64,000 nt of DNA. Source: Candidatus Gottesmanbacteria bacterium. GTDB lineage: Bacteria; Patescibacteriota; Microgenomatia; UBA10105; UBA927. A program made the position numbers and the translations under genes. The DNA is taken from positions 619,282-683,281 of the forward strand of contig JAHFKK010000001.1 of NCBI GenBank assembly GCA_023245335.1, written 5' to 3'. This document shows positions 20,195 through 29,084 of this stretch, piece by piece; the first letter of the stretch is position 1; every line of letters starts with the position of its first letter. Under the pieces are notes generated by a model. It saw nothing but the letters and a program-made list of their open reading frames with translations, was not told the origin of the DNA and searched no databases.

Positions 20195-21823
20195 TCAGCG
20201 TTTTTTCTTTTGAGGCCAAAGAAAAGAAAAAGCAATAATGATAAGCGTCGAGACGGTCGTGATGTCGGCAGCCGTCCGTAACGGAGTCTCTCCGAAGGAT
20301 ACGGTGACATGATGTGTGCCGGGAGTCAAATGAAAGGTGATGTTGCCGCGATGATTTTGGTCCTGAAACTCTATAGGGATTTTGGTCGTATCGCTATAGA
20401 CTCTCCAGCCCGGATAATATTGCGTATTGTCGAGTATTTGGACTTCAGATTCTGCGATGACGGTGTATGTGTGTACGGTTTCTTTTTTGATCACATCAAG
20501 GATTTTACCTTTGCCGGCGATGAGCTCAACCGGTGCCTTAGGGAAGCTTCCTGCCGGTCCCGCTGACCACACGAGATTGGTTTCCCCGAAAAATGTCGAA
20601 TCCAGAGGATAATTCCAGTAATAGTTTTCATCTATCTTGTCGAACCCCAGCGGCGGGCGAAAGTATACGAGCGAAGATAATACTGTCACGACGATGATAC
20701 TTACGATGAGAATTTTCGAGGTAGATTTGTGTATGAGAACAGTTCCCCCCAGGATCGCGAGCGAAAATACGGTGATATTTAAGAATCGCCAAGGGAACTG
20801 GAATGCGCGAAGGATGGAAATGTGTTCCCAAAGAAATGTTGAAGGCGCAATCATGACAAATAGCGCACAGGCGGTAAGGATAAGAGCAAACCAGACGATG
20901 AGCCTTGTATCTTTCTTCAACTTGTTTTTTATAAGTAGCCATATGCTTAGGAGAAGCGTCACGGTCTGCATGAGTCCAAACGATACGTCAACTCCTCCGT
21001 TTTGAAGTGCCGCGGTATTGGTAAGGTTTGGGATGAAAAAATTCCATATCGGCGCAAGGTGCGTTTTGTACATATCTTTCATGAAAAAGTCTCCATAGGT
21101 ATATTTGCGTTCAAACGCGACGGGGATCCAGAAGAAGGCCGTGAGAAGGAGTCCGACGCCGAGTCCGGAGAATCCGGCCAATCGCTTCGTGTTGTTTGGA
21201 GCGAACAGAAGAACAAAAAGTACGGCGACGGCAAAGTATATGAGTCCGATGGCGCTATGGGAAAGGATCAAAAGTGCGGTCGCAATACCGGTTGCGATAC
21301 TGTACCTGCGCACGTCAATTCCCTCAAATACCTTTACCAGAAAATACAGAACGAGCGGCAGAAACGTCATGGCGAGCGATTCCCCTATATCGCCTCGTAC
21401 CACCATGTCGACCAGGTGAAACGGCGCGAACTGGTAGAGAAACGTCGCCACAAGGGCCTTGTTGCGGTCTTTGAAAAATGCATAGGCGAAAAGATACATA
21501 AAAGTTCCCGAAAGGAGGAAGCTTATAAGAAGCATAATTTTGAATGACCAGGCCAGATTCAATCCGAGTGCGACTAACCCTGATCCGAAAAGATATGGCA
21601 CGTGGTAATAGAAGTTAAAAAGAGGCATGCCGTAACCATAGTTGAGTCCGCCTGCCCATCGGGGGAGTATCTGCCCGCCGGTCAAAGCCTTGAAGTAGGC
21701 GGGAATACGTGCGATATGCATCGGACCGTCATGCGTGTGGATCATAAGGGGCGTCGCAAAAATCGTGATAAACGGGAGCGCTGAAATTGCGAAGATAAGA
21801 AGATAGTGTTTAAATGATTTCAT
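20195..21823 (-). CDS. Membrane protein with PTPS-related (PF10131-like) domain and YfhO-type C-terminal module
   Basis: The track ORF extends to 21922. The Met at 21823 ('MKSFKHYLLIFAI') mirrors the start of the paralogue at 32246. It carries 'PRWAGGLNYGYGMPLFNFYY' and the C-terminus 'YYPGWRVYSD...LTPGTHHVTVSF' followed by a TM. Confidence 0.62.
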   Translation of the reverse strand: MKSFKHYLLIFAISALPFITIFATPLMIHTHDGPMHIARIPAYFKALTGGQILPRWAGGLNYGYGMPLFNFYYHVPYLFGSGLVALGLNLAWSFKIMLLISFLLSGTFMYLFAYAFFKDRNKALVATFLYQFAPFHLVDMVVRGDIGESLAMTFLPLVLYFLVKVFEGIDVRRYSIATGIATALLILSHSAIGLIYFAVAVLFVLLFAPNNTKRLAGFSGLGVGLLLTAFFWIPVAFERKYTYGDFFMKDMYKTHLAPIWNFFIPNLTNTAALQNGGVDVSFGLMQTVTLLLSIWLLIKNKLKKDTRLIVWFALILTACALFVMIAPSTFLWEHISILRAFQFPWRFLNITVFSLAILGGTVLIHKSTSKILIVSIIVVTVLSSLVYFRPPLGFDKIDENYYWNYPLDSTFFGETNLVWSAGPAGSFPKAPVELIAGKGKILDVIKKETVHTYTVIAESEVQILDNTQYYPGWRVYSDTTKIPIEFQDQNHRGNITFHLTPGTHHVTVSFGETPLRTAADITTVSTLIIIAFSFLWPQKKKR

Positions 21824-23333
21824 GGCAAGAGCACGCCTTAAGGGAATTATAGCAAACTCATGGGTGGTCGGCATTCTAAGCATCGCAACCTTTCTTCGGC
21901 TGTATCGGATTAATGTCCTCACCGAGTTTCTGGGAGATCAGGGGCGAACCATGTTGGTTATGTATGATTGGGTACGCCGTGGCATCGTGCCGCTCTCCGG
22001 TCCGACGACTTTGACCGGGCAACCGCTCGGCCCGTTTTTCTATTATCTATTGTTGCCCGGATACCTTCTATCTCAAGGTCCGGTCGGCGTAGCAGTGTGG
22101 GTGGCACTTTTGGGGGTGGCGTCCGTTGCCGTTCTGTACATTGCGGTCCGGCGCATGTTTGGAGTCGTGCCGGCAAGAGCCGTATCGCTTCTGTGGGCAG
22201 TGTCGCCGCTTATCGTGGGCGCTGACCGTGACATTTGGGAACCCAACCTGGTACCCCTTTTTGCGACACTATTTGTCTACCTATTGTATAGGGCGCATAG
22301 GGAATGGTCGCTCCTCGTGTGGGGAATGACCGGCGTCATCCTCGGCATACTCATGCAGCTTCACTATCCCAATGTCATTTTCGTCGGTATGACCGGTTTG
22401 TACTTTTTAGTCTCTCCGTTTCTTTATAGACGGAAGCTTATCGAGGTATTGAAGGCGGGTGGATGCGTGTTTGCGGGATTTCTTATTACGCTCCTCCCGT
22501 TTCTTTGGTACGAGAGTTCCGTCGGTTTTCGCGATATCACGGGTATAGCGTCCGTTTTTGTGCAGTCCGGGGCCACTCACGTGGGGAAGCGTGTGATGGT
22601 CATGAATGTCTCGGACTATGCGTTTCGTGTGTTTTCCGTGTTTTTGCCGTATATGTCAGAGAGGATTACTGCATTTCTTATAGCGGCTTGGATGGTGTTT
22701 GTGGCGGCAAGGCGGTCAAAGAAGAATATATTTATCACGGTGTGGCTTCTGGGAGGGCTCACGGGTATGGCCGCATATCCCGGTGTCGTGCATAATCATT
22801 ATTTGTATTTTCTCGTACCGGTACCGTTTTTTATGACGGCATCAGTCTTATCGAGTCTCAAACGAAAAACGATTCAATTCGTGGGTGTTATCGTTCTTTT
22901 GATTTGTTGTATTTTGCAGGCGGCGAAGACTGACATATTTATCCCGGGCCCTCATGATGTTGATCGGGTATCCGCGGCTGTCGAACAAATCATCCTGCGT
23001 GCCAATGATGTGCCGTTTTCGTTGACGCTCGTCAATAGCCTCTCGTTTTCGGATCTCCATTATCAGTATTATTTCCATATTTCCGGACACGAACCGGCCG
23101 CAGTGACCTCTACAGCATATCCACTCCTTTTTCTTGTATGCGACAGTACATCATGTCCGCAAACCGGAGATCTCACTTCACAAAAAAGTCTTCCGGTCAT
23201 CTGTTATGATGCGCATTGTTCTGAATTCTATCCCACGCTTAACCTCGCAAAAGATTGGAGATTCGTAGAAGAAGAGCCACTACTGAAAAATGGGATACCA
23301 TTGGGGCATCTATATGAATTCCGTCGAATGTAG
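21822..23333 (+). CDS. Divergent ArnT/COG1807-like GT-C membrane glycosyltransferase (DQG variant)
   Basis: 503 aa. TM1 is followed by 'LGDQGRTML' and 'QPLGPFFYYLLLPGY', which parallels the ArnT 'KPPLYYW' region. About 11 TM helices. Confidence 0.55.
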   Translation: MARARLKGIIANSWVVGILSIATFLRLYRINVLTEFLGDQGRTMLVMYDWVRRGIVPLSGPTTLTGQPLGPFFYYLLLPGYLLSQGPVGVAVWVALLGVASVAVLYIAVRRMFGVVPARAVSLLWAVSPLIVGADRDIWEPNLVPLFATLFVYLLYRAHREWSLLVWGMTGVILGILMQLHYPNVIFVGMTGLYFLVSPFLYRRKLIEVLKAGGCVFAGFLITLLPFLWYESSVGFRDITGIASVFVQSGATHVGKRVMVMNVSDYAFRVFSVFLPYMSERITAFLIAAWMVFVAARRSKKNIFITVWLLGGLTGMAAYPGVVHNHYLYFLVPVPFFMTASVLSSLKRKTIQFVGVIVLLICCILQAAKTDIFIPGPHDVDRVSAAVEQIILRANDVPFSLTLVNSLSFSDLHYQYYFHISGHEPAAVTSTAYPLLFLVCDSTSCPQTGDLTSQKSLPVICYDAHCSEFYPTLNLAKDWRFVEEEPLLKNGIPLGHLYEFRRM

Positions 23334-23382
23334 GATGACTCAGGTTTGGTGATCTTAGGCCGCTTTTAGTACAATACCTCGT

Positions 23383-24645
23383 ATGGCACTTGAAATCATA
23401 AATGCGGTTCTTCTGTTTGCGTTTAGCATTCCCATAGTCATGAAATACAGGATACTTCCCGTGGACGGCACGCCCTACTGGCTATTCGGGGTCCTTTTCC
23501 TCATGCTGACCGTCAACTGTGTCACATCGTTTGTTCCGTCGGTACTCGGTGCGTTTCGCCGCCATGCGGATAAGGTGAAGAATACACTCCTCGTCGTAGT
23601 CCTTATCATCGTATTGGGAGGCGTCAGTATCACGGCGATGTTTGATCGGGCAAAGACCGCCCCTTTGTACGGCGTCCACGACATCATTCTGCAGCAGGAA
23701 GCCGCCATGCGGTATGTCATAACCGGCAAAAATCCGTATAAAGAGACGTACTTCGGCACGCCCATGGAAGCATTCCATTATGCCGAGATTGATAACGATA
23801 AGGCCGTGAATCCCGCGCTCTATCATTTTGTCATGCCGCCGTGGTATCTCGTATTTCCGTTTGCATTTTATTATACGGTTCGGCCCGTCGTTGGCTTTTT
23901 CGACGGACGTATGGCGCTCCTTTTCACCATGGGATTACTTCTTATCGCGCTCTGGCATTGGTTCAAGGATAAAGAAGTGGCCAGGCTTGCCGTCATACTT
24001 ACTGCGCTGTCTCCGGCTGTCATCGACTATTTTGTCGAAGGCAGAAGTGATGTATTTGCATTGTCATGGCTTATCGTGTCGTTAGTTTTCTTAGAAAAGA
24101 AACGGTTCATCTGGTCAGCCGTCATGATGATGCTCGCGATACTCAGTAAACAAACAGTATGGGTCATGGTGCCGTTTTATGGCATGATTCTGTGGCAGAG
24201 AACGATGAAGCGGTCTGCCGTTTTTTGGTCTAGTGTCGGTGTCTCGCTATTCGCGGGCGCGATGATCACGCTGCCATTTTTTCTTTGGGACCCCCGTGCG
24301 TTTTTGGACAGCGTCATTTTTTATTTGAACGGAAGTTCTCTCCATAGTTACCCCGTGTCCGGTTATGGACTGAGTATGGTATTGTACTCCGCCGGAATTA
24401 TCCGGGACATCCATGCGTATTATCCATTCATCATCTGGCAGGTGCTTGTCTGCGGTCCTCTATTTGTGTTCCTCGCCCGGTCGCTTTGGGCGAAATCGAC
24501 ACAGTCACGCCTCATGCTGACGTACTCGGTGTTTCTCATCGTATTCTGGTATATGAGCAGGTACTTCAACAACAGTCATCTCGGGTATCTGTCTATGCTT
24601 TTTGTATTGGCGGGGCTTAAAGGAATGGACGAGGGAAACATATGA
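23383..24645 (+). CDS. Polytopic membrane protein, GT87/DUF2029-like putative mannosyltransferase
   Basis: 420 aa, entirely hydrophobic. The 'LAILSKQTVWVMVPFY' segment resembles the GT87 core. This is a weak call made by eye. Confidence 0.4.
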   Translation: MALEIINAVLLFAFSIPIVMKYRILPVDGTPYWLFGVLFLMLTVNCVTSFVPSVLGAFRRHADKVKNTLLVVVLIIVLGGVSITAMFDRAKTAPLYGVHDIILQQEAAMRYVITGKNPYKETYFGTPMEAFHYAEIDNDKAVNPALYHFVMPPWYLVFPFAFYYTVRPVVGFFDGRMALLFTMGLLLIALWHWFKDKEVARLAVILTALSPAVIDYFVEGRSDVFALSWLIVSLVFLEKKRFIWSAVMMMLAILSKQTVWVMVPFYGMILWQRTMKRSAVFWSSVGVSLFAGAMITLPFFLWDPRAFLDSVIFYLNGSSLHSYPVSGYGLSMVLYSAGIIRDIHAYYPFIIWQVLVCGPLFVFLARSLWAKSTQSRLMLTYSVFLIVFWYMSRYFNNSHLGYLSMLFVLAGLKGMDEGNI

Positions 24646-26306
24646 AGCATACGGCGATAGGCACCGTTCTTTTTCTTATCGTCATCCTTTCGGGAATACT
24701 TCGGATTACGAACATAGGCACCAACCCGCCGTCCATTTCTTGGGATGAAGCATCGATAGGGTATAACGCATATTCCATACTGAAAACCGGCCGCGATGAA
24801 CACGGCAGGGTATTGCCTGTGGATACGTTTGCGGCATTCGGTGATTACAAACCGCCGATGCCTGTCTATCTCACCGTGCCGTTTGTCGCCATATTCGGCT
24901 TAAACGAACTGGCAGTTCGTTTGCCTTCGGCTATTGCAGGAACACTCACGGTATTGGCTTTATATTTTCTGGTGAACGAGCTGCTTTCTCATTCACTACA
25001 AGGGAAAAAACGTTTTACCGTCTATGGGTTAGGGGATGTAGCATATTCCGAAGCCATCGCCATTTCTGCTGCGGCACTTCTCTCAATCACTCCCTGGCAC
25101 ATCATGCTCTCACGGGCAGGGTTTGAGGCGAACATCGCGCTTCTCTTTATTACCGTAGGCGTATTGTGGGTGCTTGCAGCACGTCATAATGATCGTTTCC
25201 TCTACGTGTGCTGGTTGCCTTTTGTTGCGGGCGTCTATACGTTCAACAGTGCACGCTATGCCGGTCCGATGATTGCCGCTGGAAGCGTTTTATTTATCTG
25301 GAACCCTATACGGACGGCCCGGAAGCAGTTCGTGATCGGCGTCATTATCGCGGCGTTGGCGCTTCTTCCGATCATTCCGCACTTAGTCTCGAAGCAGTCG
25401 CGGTTACGGTTTGATGAAGTGAGCATATTTACGGATTTGAATGTCGTTTTGACCGCCAACGCCCGTCGGAAATATGACGGGAATACCTGGTGGTCGGGAA
25501 TTCTCGATAACCGCAGATTGAGCTACGCGCATTCATATCTTGTCCATTTTTTTGACAATGTCGAGCCGAGATTTCTTTTCATGCGGGGAGACGGCAACCC
25601 TAAATTTTCGATTCAGGATACCGGCGAATTACTTTTAGTCAGTGCACCCTTTGTAGCGTACGGCATTCTCCGGCTGTTTCAGGATGCGCCCGGGGTGGCG
25701 TGGTTTCTGGTGTGGTGGCTCGCGGTTTCCATAGCGCCCGCTGCGGTAGCTCGCGAAACCCCTCATGCATTGCGCGTGGAAAACGGTTTACCGGTCTACA
25801 TGATTGTCACGGCATACGGATTTGTGATGAGCCTGGTAACTATCCATAAACGTCGGCTTCAGGCAATACTTCTTTTAATTTTCAGCTTACTCTTTGCATT
25901 CAACTTCGCATATTTTTGGCACAACCTGACGTCGCATTATCCGACCGAGTTCTCCGGTGAATGGCAATACGGATATAAGCAAGCCATCCAGTATGTCGAC
26001 ACGGTGAAAAACAATTATGATACCGTTGTCCTCACGGAAAGTATCGGTCGACCCTATATTTATGTACTCTTTTATGACCGGGTGGACCCGAAAGTATTTT
26101 GGGCACAAAAGGATGCATCGTTTGACGCGGCAGGATTTTATAACGTCTATGGGTTCGGCAAATACCGCTTCGTCAATGACAGCATAGGTGAGCCTCGCGG
26201 CCGGACGCTGTATATCCTGGATCCGCAGCGGGTGCCCACAAGCGCACATGTCCTTAAAACGATACGGGTATTAAACGGGGCGCCGGTACTGGTGATATTT
26301 GATTAA
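24642..26306 (+). CDS. GT39/PMT-like (COG1807) GT-C glycosyltransferase, paralogue C
   Basis: 554 aa with 'SWDEASIGYNAYSILKTGRDEHG...DYKPPMPVYLTVPFVAIFG' and the C-terminus 'EWQYGYKQAIQYV...PYIYVLFYDRVDP'. Confidence 0.75.
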   Translation: MKHTAIGTVLFLIVILSGILRITNIGTNPPSISWDEASIGYNAYSILKTGRDEHGRVLPVDTFAAFGDYKPPMPVYLTVPFVAIFGLNELAVRLPSAIAGTLTVLALYFLVNELLSHSLQGKKRFTVYGLGDVAYSEAIAISAAALLSITPWHIMLSRAGFEANIALLFITVGVLWVLAARHNDRFLYVCWLPFVAGVYTFNSARYAGPMIAAGSVLFIWNPIRTARKQFVIGVIIAALALLPIIPHLVSKQSRLRFDEVSIFTDLNVVLTANARRKYDGNTWWSGILDNRRLSYAHSYLVHFFDNVEPRFLFMRGDGNPKFSIQDTGELLLVSAPFVAYGILRLFQDAPGVAWFLVWWLAVSIAPAAVARETPHALRVENGLPVYMIVTAYGFVMSLVTIHKRRLQAILLLIFSLLFAFNFAYFWHNLTSHYPTEFSGEWQYGYKQAIQYVDTVKNNYDTVVLTESIGRPYIYVLFYDRVDPKVFWAQKDASFDAAGFYNVYGFGKYRFVNDSIGEPRGRTLYILDPQRVPTSAHVLKTIRVLNGAPVLVIFD

Positions 26307-26308
26307 CT

Positions 26309-27988
26309 ATGCAGAAAGCGCGACCATATTTCATACTGATAGGCATCATTGTCCTCGCCGTTTTTTTGCGGTTTTGGCAATTGGGGAAGGTGCCGATTTC
26401 GCCGGATTGGGATGAGGCGGCGCTGGGGTATAACGCATATTCCATACTGAAAACCGGGCGGGACGAGTACGGTATCTTTTTGCCGAGAGAGTTGCGGTCG
26501 TATGACGACTACAAGCCGCCGCTCTATGCGTATCTCACCATTCCGTCTATTGCTGCGTTTGGGTTGAACGTGTGGTCGGTGCGTTTGCCGTCGGCGGTCA
26601 TGGGTACACTTGCCGTCATCGGCACGTATTTCTTGGTTCTCAAGCTTTTTGAGGATGAGAAAGAAAAGGAGAAAAGCAAGATATTGGGGATACGAGTGAC
26701 TTCTCTAGCGCTTCTTACTACGTTTTTTCTTGCCATCTCTCCGTGGCATCTGCAATTTTCGCGTATAGCATTTGAAGCGAATTCAGGTTTGACACTGAAT
26801 ATTCTTGGTATCGTAGCGTTTCTGTACGGGATCACGTCGCTTCCCTGGATGGCTGTGAGTGCGTTTCTTTTCGGCCTTTCGTTATATGCGTATCACAGTG
26901 AACGTGTGTTTGTTCCGCTTCTTCTCCTTTCGCTTGTCATCCTTTGGCGCAAAGAACTTTTCCGTGACTGGCGAAAGGTGCTCGTTGCCGTGGTTATCGG
27001 GCTTATGACCGTAGCGCCTCTTCTTCCTGTGGTGACGGATAAAACCGCCATGACCAGGCTCCAGGGAACGAGTCCGCTTTCTGATACGACAGGACTTCTC
27101 ATGCGTACGGTGAAAAAAATAGAAGAAGATCAAAAATCGGGGAATAAGTTCGGAGTGATTTTTGACAATCGCCGTATCGTGTACGTAAAAACTCTTATAG
27201 ACGGATATATCAGCCACTTTTCATTTAATTGGTTATTTCTGACAGGAGATAATGACCGGCATCATGCTCCAGACAACGGGATTCTGTACCTGTGGGAATT
27301 GCCGTTTGTCTTATGGGGCATACTTGCGGTGTATAGAAGGGGCGGACGCACGTCTAAGCTTCTTTTCACTTGGGTTTTGATAGCTCCGATCGCAGCTTCC
27401 CCAACCGGCGGGACACCACATGCCATTAGGACACTCGTTTTTCTCCCGACATTTCAGATATTTTCTGCGTTCGGGCTGTTACTCGCGGTTTCGCGTCTCC
27501 GCGGGCTTCTTTCGCGGGGACCAACGTGGAAACGTGTCGCATTCGCGGCAGTCGGTTCCGGCATAGTCATATTTGCGATGTTTGATATCGTCTTTTATTT
27601 CCATATGTATTATCACCAGATGAATAGGGAATACTCCCAAAACTGGCAATACGGATACGCACAAGCCGTACAGTATGCAGAAGTTCATAAAGGGAAGTAC
27701 GAGAAGATCGTCGTGTCGACCGCGCTTGAGCAGCCCCATATGTTTTTCCTTTTTTATACCAAATATGACCCGGCCAAGTATCTCGCTCAGGGAGGGACGG
27801 CATCAGGCGGGTTTAAGGAAATACGTAATCATTTCGATAAATATGAGTTCCGGCCGATCGGTAATTGGGCGAAAGAAAATCATAACGGAGAAACTCTGTA
27901 TATCGGCACACCAAAAGAAATTCCGACCGGTGCGCAGTATTCCATATATTATTTAGACGGGCAGGAAGCGATGCGTATAGCAGAATAA
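26309..27988 (+). CDS. GT39/PMT-like (COG1807) GT-C glycosyltransferase, paralogue D
   Basis: 559 aa with 'DWDEAALGYNAYSILKTGRDEYG...DYKPPLYAYLTIP' and the C-terminus 'NWQYGYAQAVQYA'. It contains an 'EDEKEKEKSK' insert. Confidence 0.75.
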   Translation: MQKARPYFILIGIIVLAVFLRFWQLGKVPISPDWDEAALGYNAYSILKTGRDEYGIFLPRELRSYDDYKPPLYAYLTIPSIAAFGLNVWSVRLPSAVMGTLAVIGTYFLVLKLFEDEKEKEKSKILGIRVTSLALLTTFFLAISPWHLQFSRIAFEANSGLTLNILGIVAFLYGITSLPWMAVSAFLFGLSLYAYHSERVFVPLLLLSLVILWRKELFRDWRKVLVAVVIGLMTVAPLLPVVTDKTAMTRLQGTSPLSDTTGLLMRTVKKIEEDQKSGNKFGVIFDNRRIVYVKTLIDGYISHFSFNWLFLTGDNDRHHAPDNGILYLWELPFVLWGILAVYRRGGRTSKLLFTWVLIAPIAASPTGGTPHAIRTLVFLPTFQIFSAFGLLLAVSRLRGLLSRGPTWKRVAFAAVGSGIVIFAMFDIVFYFHMYYHQMNREYSQNWQYGYAQAVQYAEVHKGKYEKIVVSTALEQPHMFFLFYTKYDPAKYLAQGGTASGGFKEIRNHFDKYEFRPIGNWAKENHNGETLYIGTPKEIPTGAQYSIYYLDGQEAMRIAE

Positions 27989-27996
27989 GGAATGCA

Positions 27997-29058
27997 ATGA
28001 ACAGCAAAAAAGTACTTATTACGGGTGGCAATGGATTCCTGGGCCAGCATCTCGTCCCGTATCTCTTAGACAAAGGCGGCGTGTCGCTTGTGATCTTTGA
28101 CAAACTGGACTCCCAGGAACGTAACACCCGAAAAGACGTCAGATACGCAAAAGGCGATATACGAAGAGAAGGCGATGTCACAAGAGTATTTCAAGAATAT
28201 GGACCGTTCGATACGGTGTATCACCTAGCTTCAGCCATGCCGGACCGCTCTCTCACCGATAGAGACACGTGGGAAACAAATGTCACAGGAACCGTCAACA
28301 TGATATCTGCCGCCCGGAAGAATAACGTGAGATCATTTCTATTTACGTCTAGTAACGTCACCTACGGACTCGTCAAAGATCTCCCCGTGACGGAAGACAC
28401 CCCCCTGCGGCCCATTGAGGTATACGGGAAAAGTAAGGTCCGCGCGGAAGAGGAGCTGGAAAAATATAAAAATCAAATCAACATACAGATATTCCGGTGT
28501 CCGGTCATTACCGGCGTCGGCAGACTAGGGTTACAGGCAATTTTATTTGATTTTATTTCCGAAAACCGAAACGTGTACGTCCTGGGAAACGGTGCAAACA
28601 TATATCAGTTCGTTGACGCGACCGATGTCTCGCAGGCATTGGAACGGGGTAGCCGCATGAAAGGCTTCGATATATACACCATAGGAGGGGACGGTGCCAT
28701 GCCGCTTAGAGATTTGTACCGGGAGGTCATCGAGTTTGCGCACAGTACATCACGTATCGTCTCATTGCCCCAATCCCCGGCACTAGGTATGCTTTCCTTC
28801 CTTAACGCGTTGAAAATTTCTCCGCTCGGAGTCTATCAGTATTCAATGATCGGACAATCCATGTATGCGGATACCACGAAGATCAAAAAGAAGCTCGGTT
28901 GGATCCCTCAAAAAACCATAGAAGAGTCGTTCATAGAAAATTATATATGGTACACGAAACACAAAGGGAATTTCGTGGAATTGGGCTCGGGTATATCGTC
29001 CTCAAACAGAAGCGTGCCGAAAATGGGAATTTTTAAGTTATTGAAAATGATTTCCTAA
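27997..29058 (+). CDS. NAD-dependent epimerase/dehydratase (SDR family), specificity unknown
   Basis: 353 aa with the Rossmann motif 'VLITGGNGFLGQHLV' and the YxxxK motif 'YGKSK'. Confidence 0.75.
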   Translation: MNSKKVLITGGNGFLGQHLVPYLLDKGGVSLVIFDKLDSQERNTRKDVRYAKGDIRREGDVTRVFQEYGPFDTVYHLASAMPDRSLTDRDTWETNVTGTVNMISAARKNNVRSFLFTSSNVTYGLVKDLPVTEDTPLRPIEVYGKSKVRAEEELEKYKNQINIQIFRCPVITGVGRLGLQAILFDFISENRNVYVLGNGANIYQFVDATDVSQALERGSRMKGFDIYTIGGDGAMPLRDLYREVIEFAHSTSRIVSLPQSPALGMLSFLNALKISPLGVYQYSMIGQSMYADTTKIKKKLGWIPQKTIEESFIENYIWYTKHKGNFVELGSGISSSNRSVPKMGIFKLLKMIS

Positions 29059-29084
29059 GATACCATTTTTCACTATTCGTTCGT

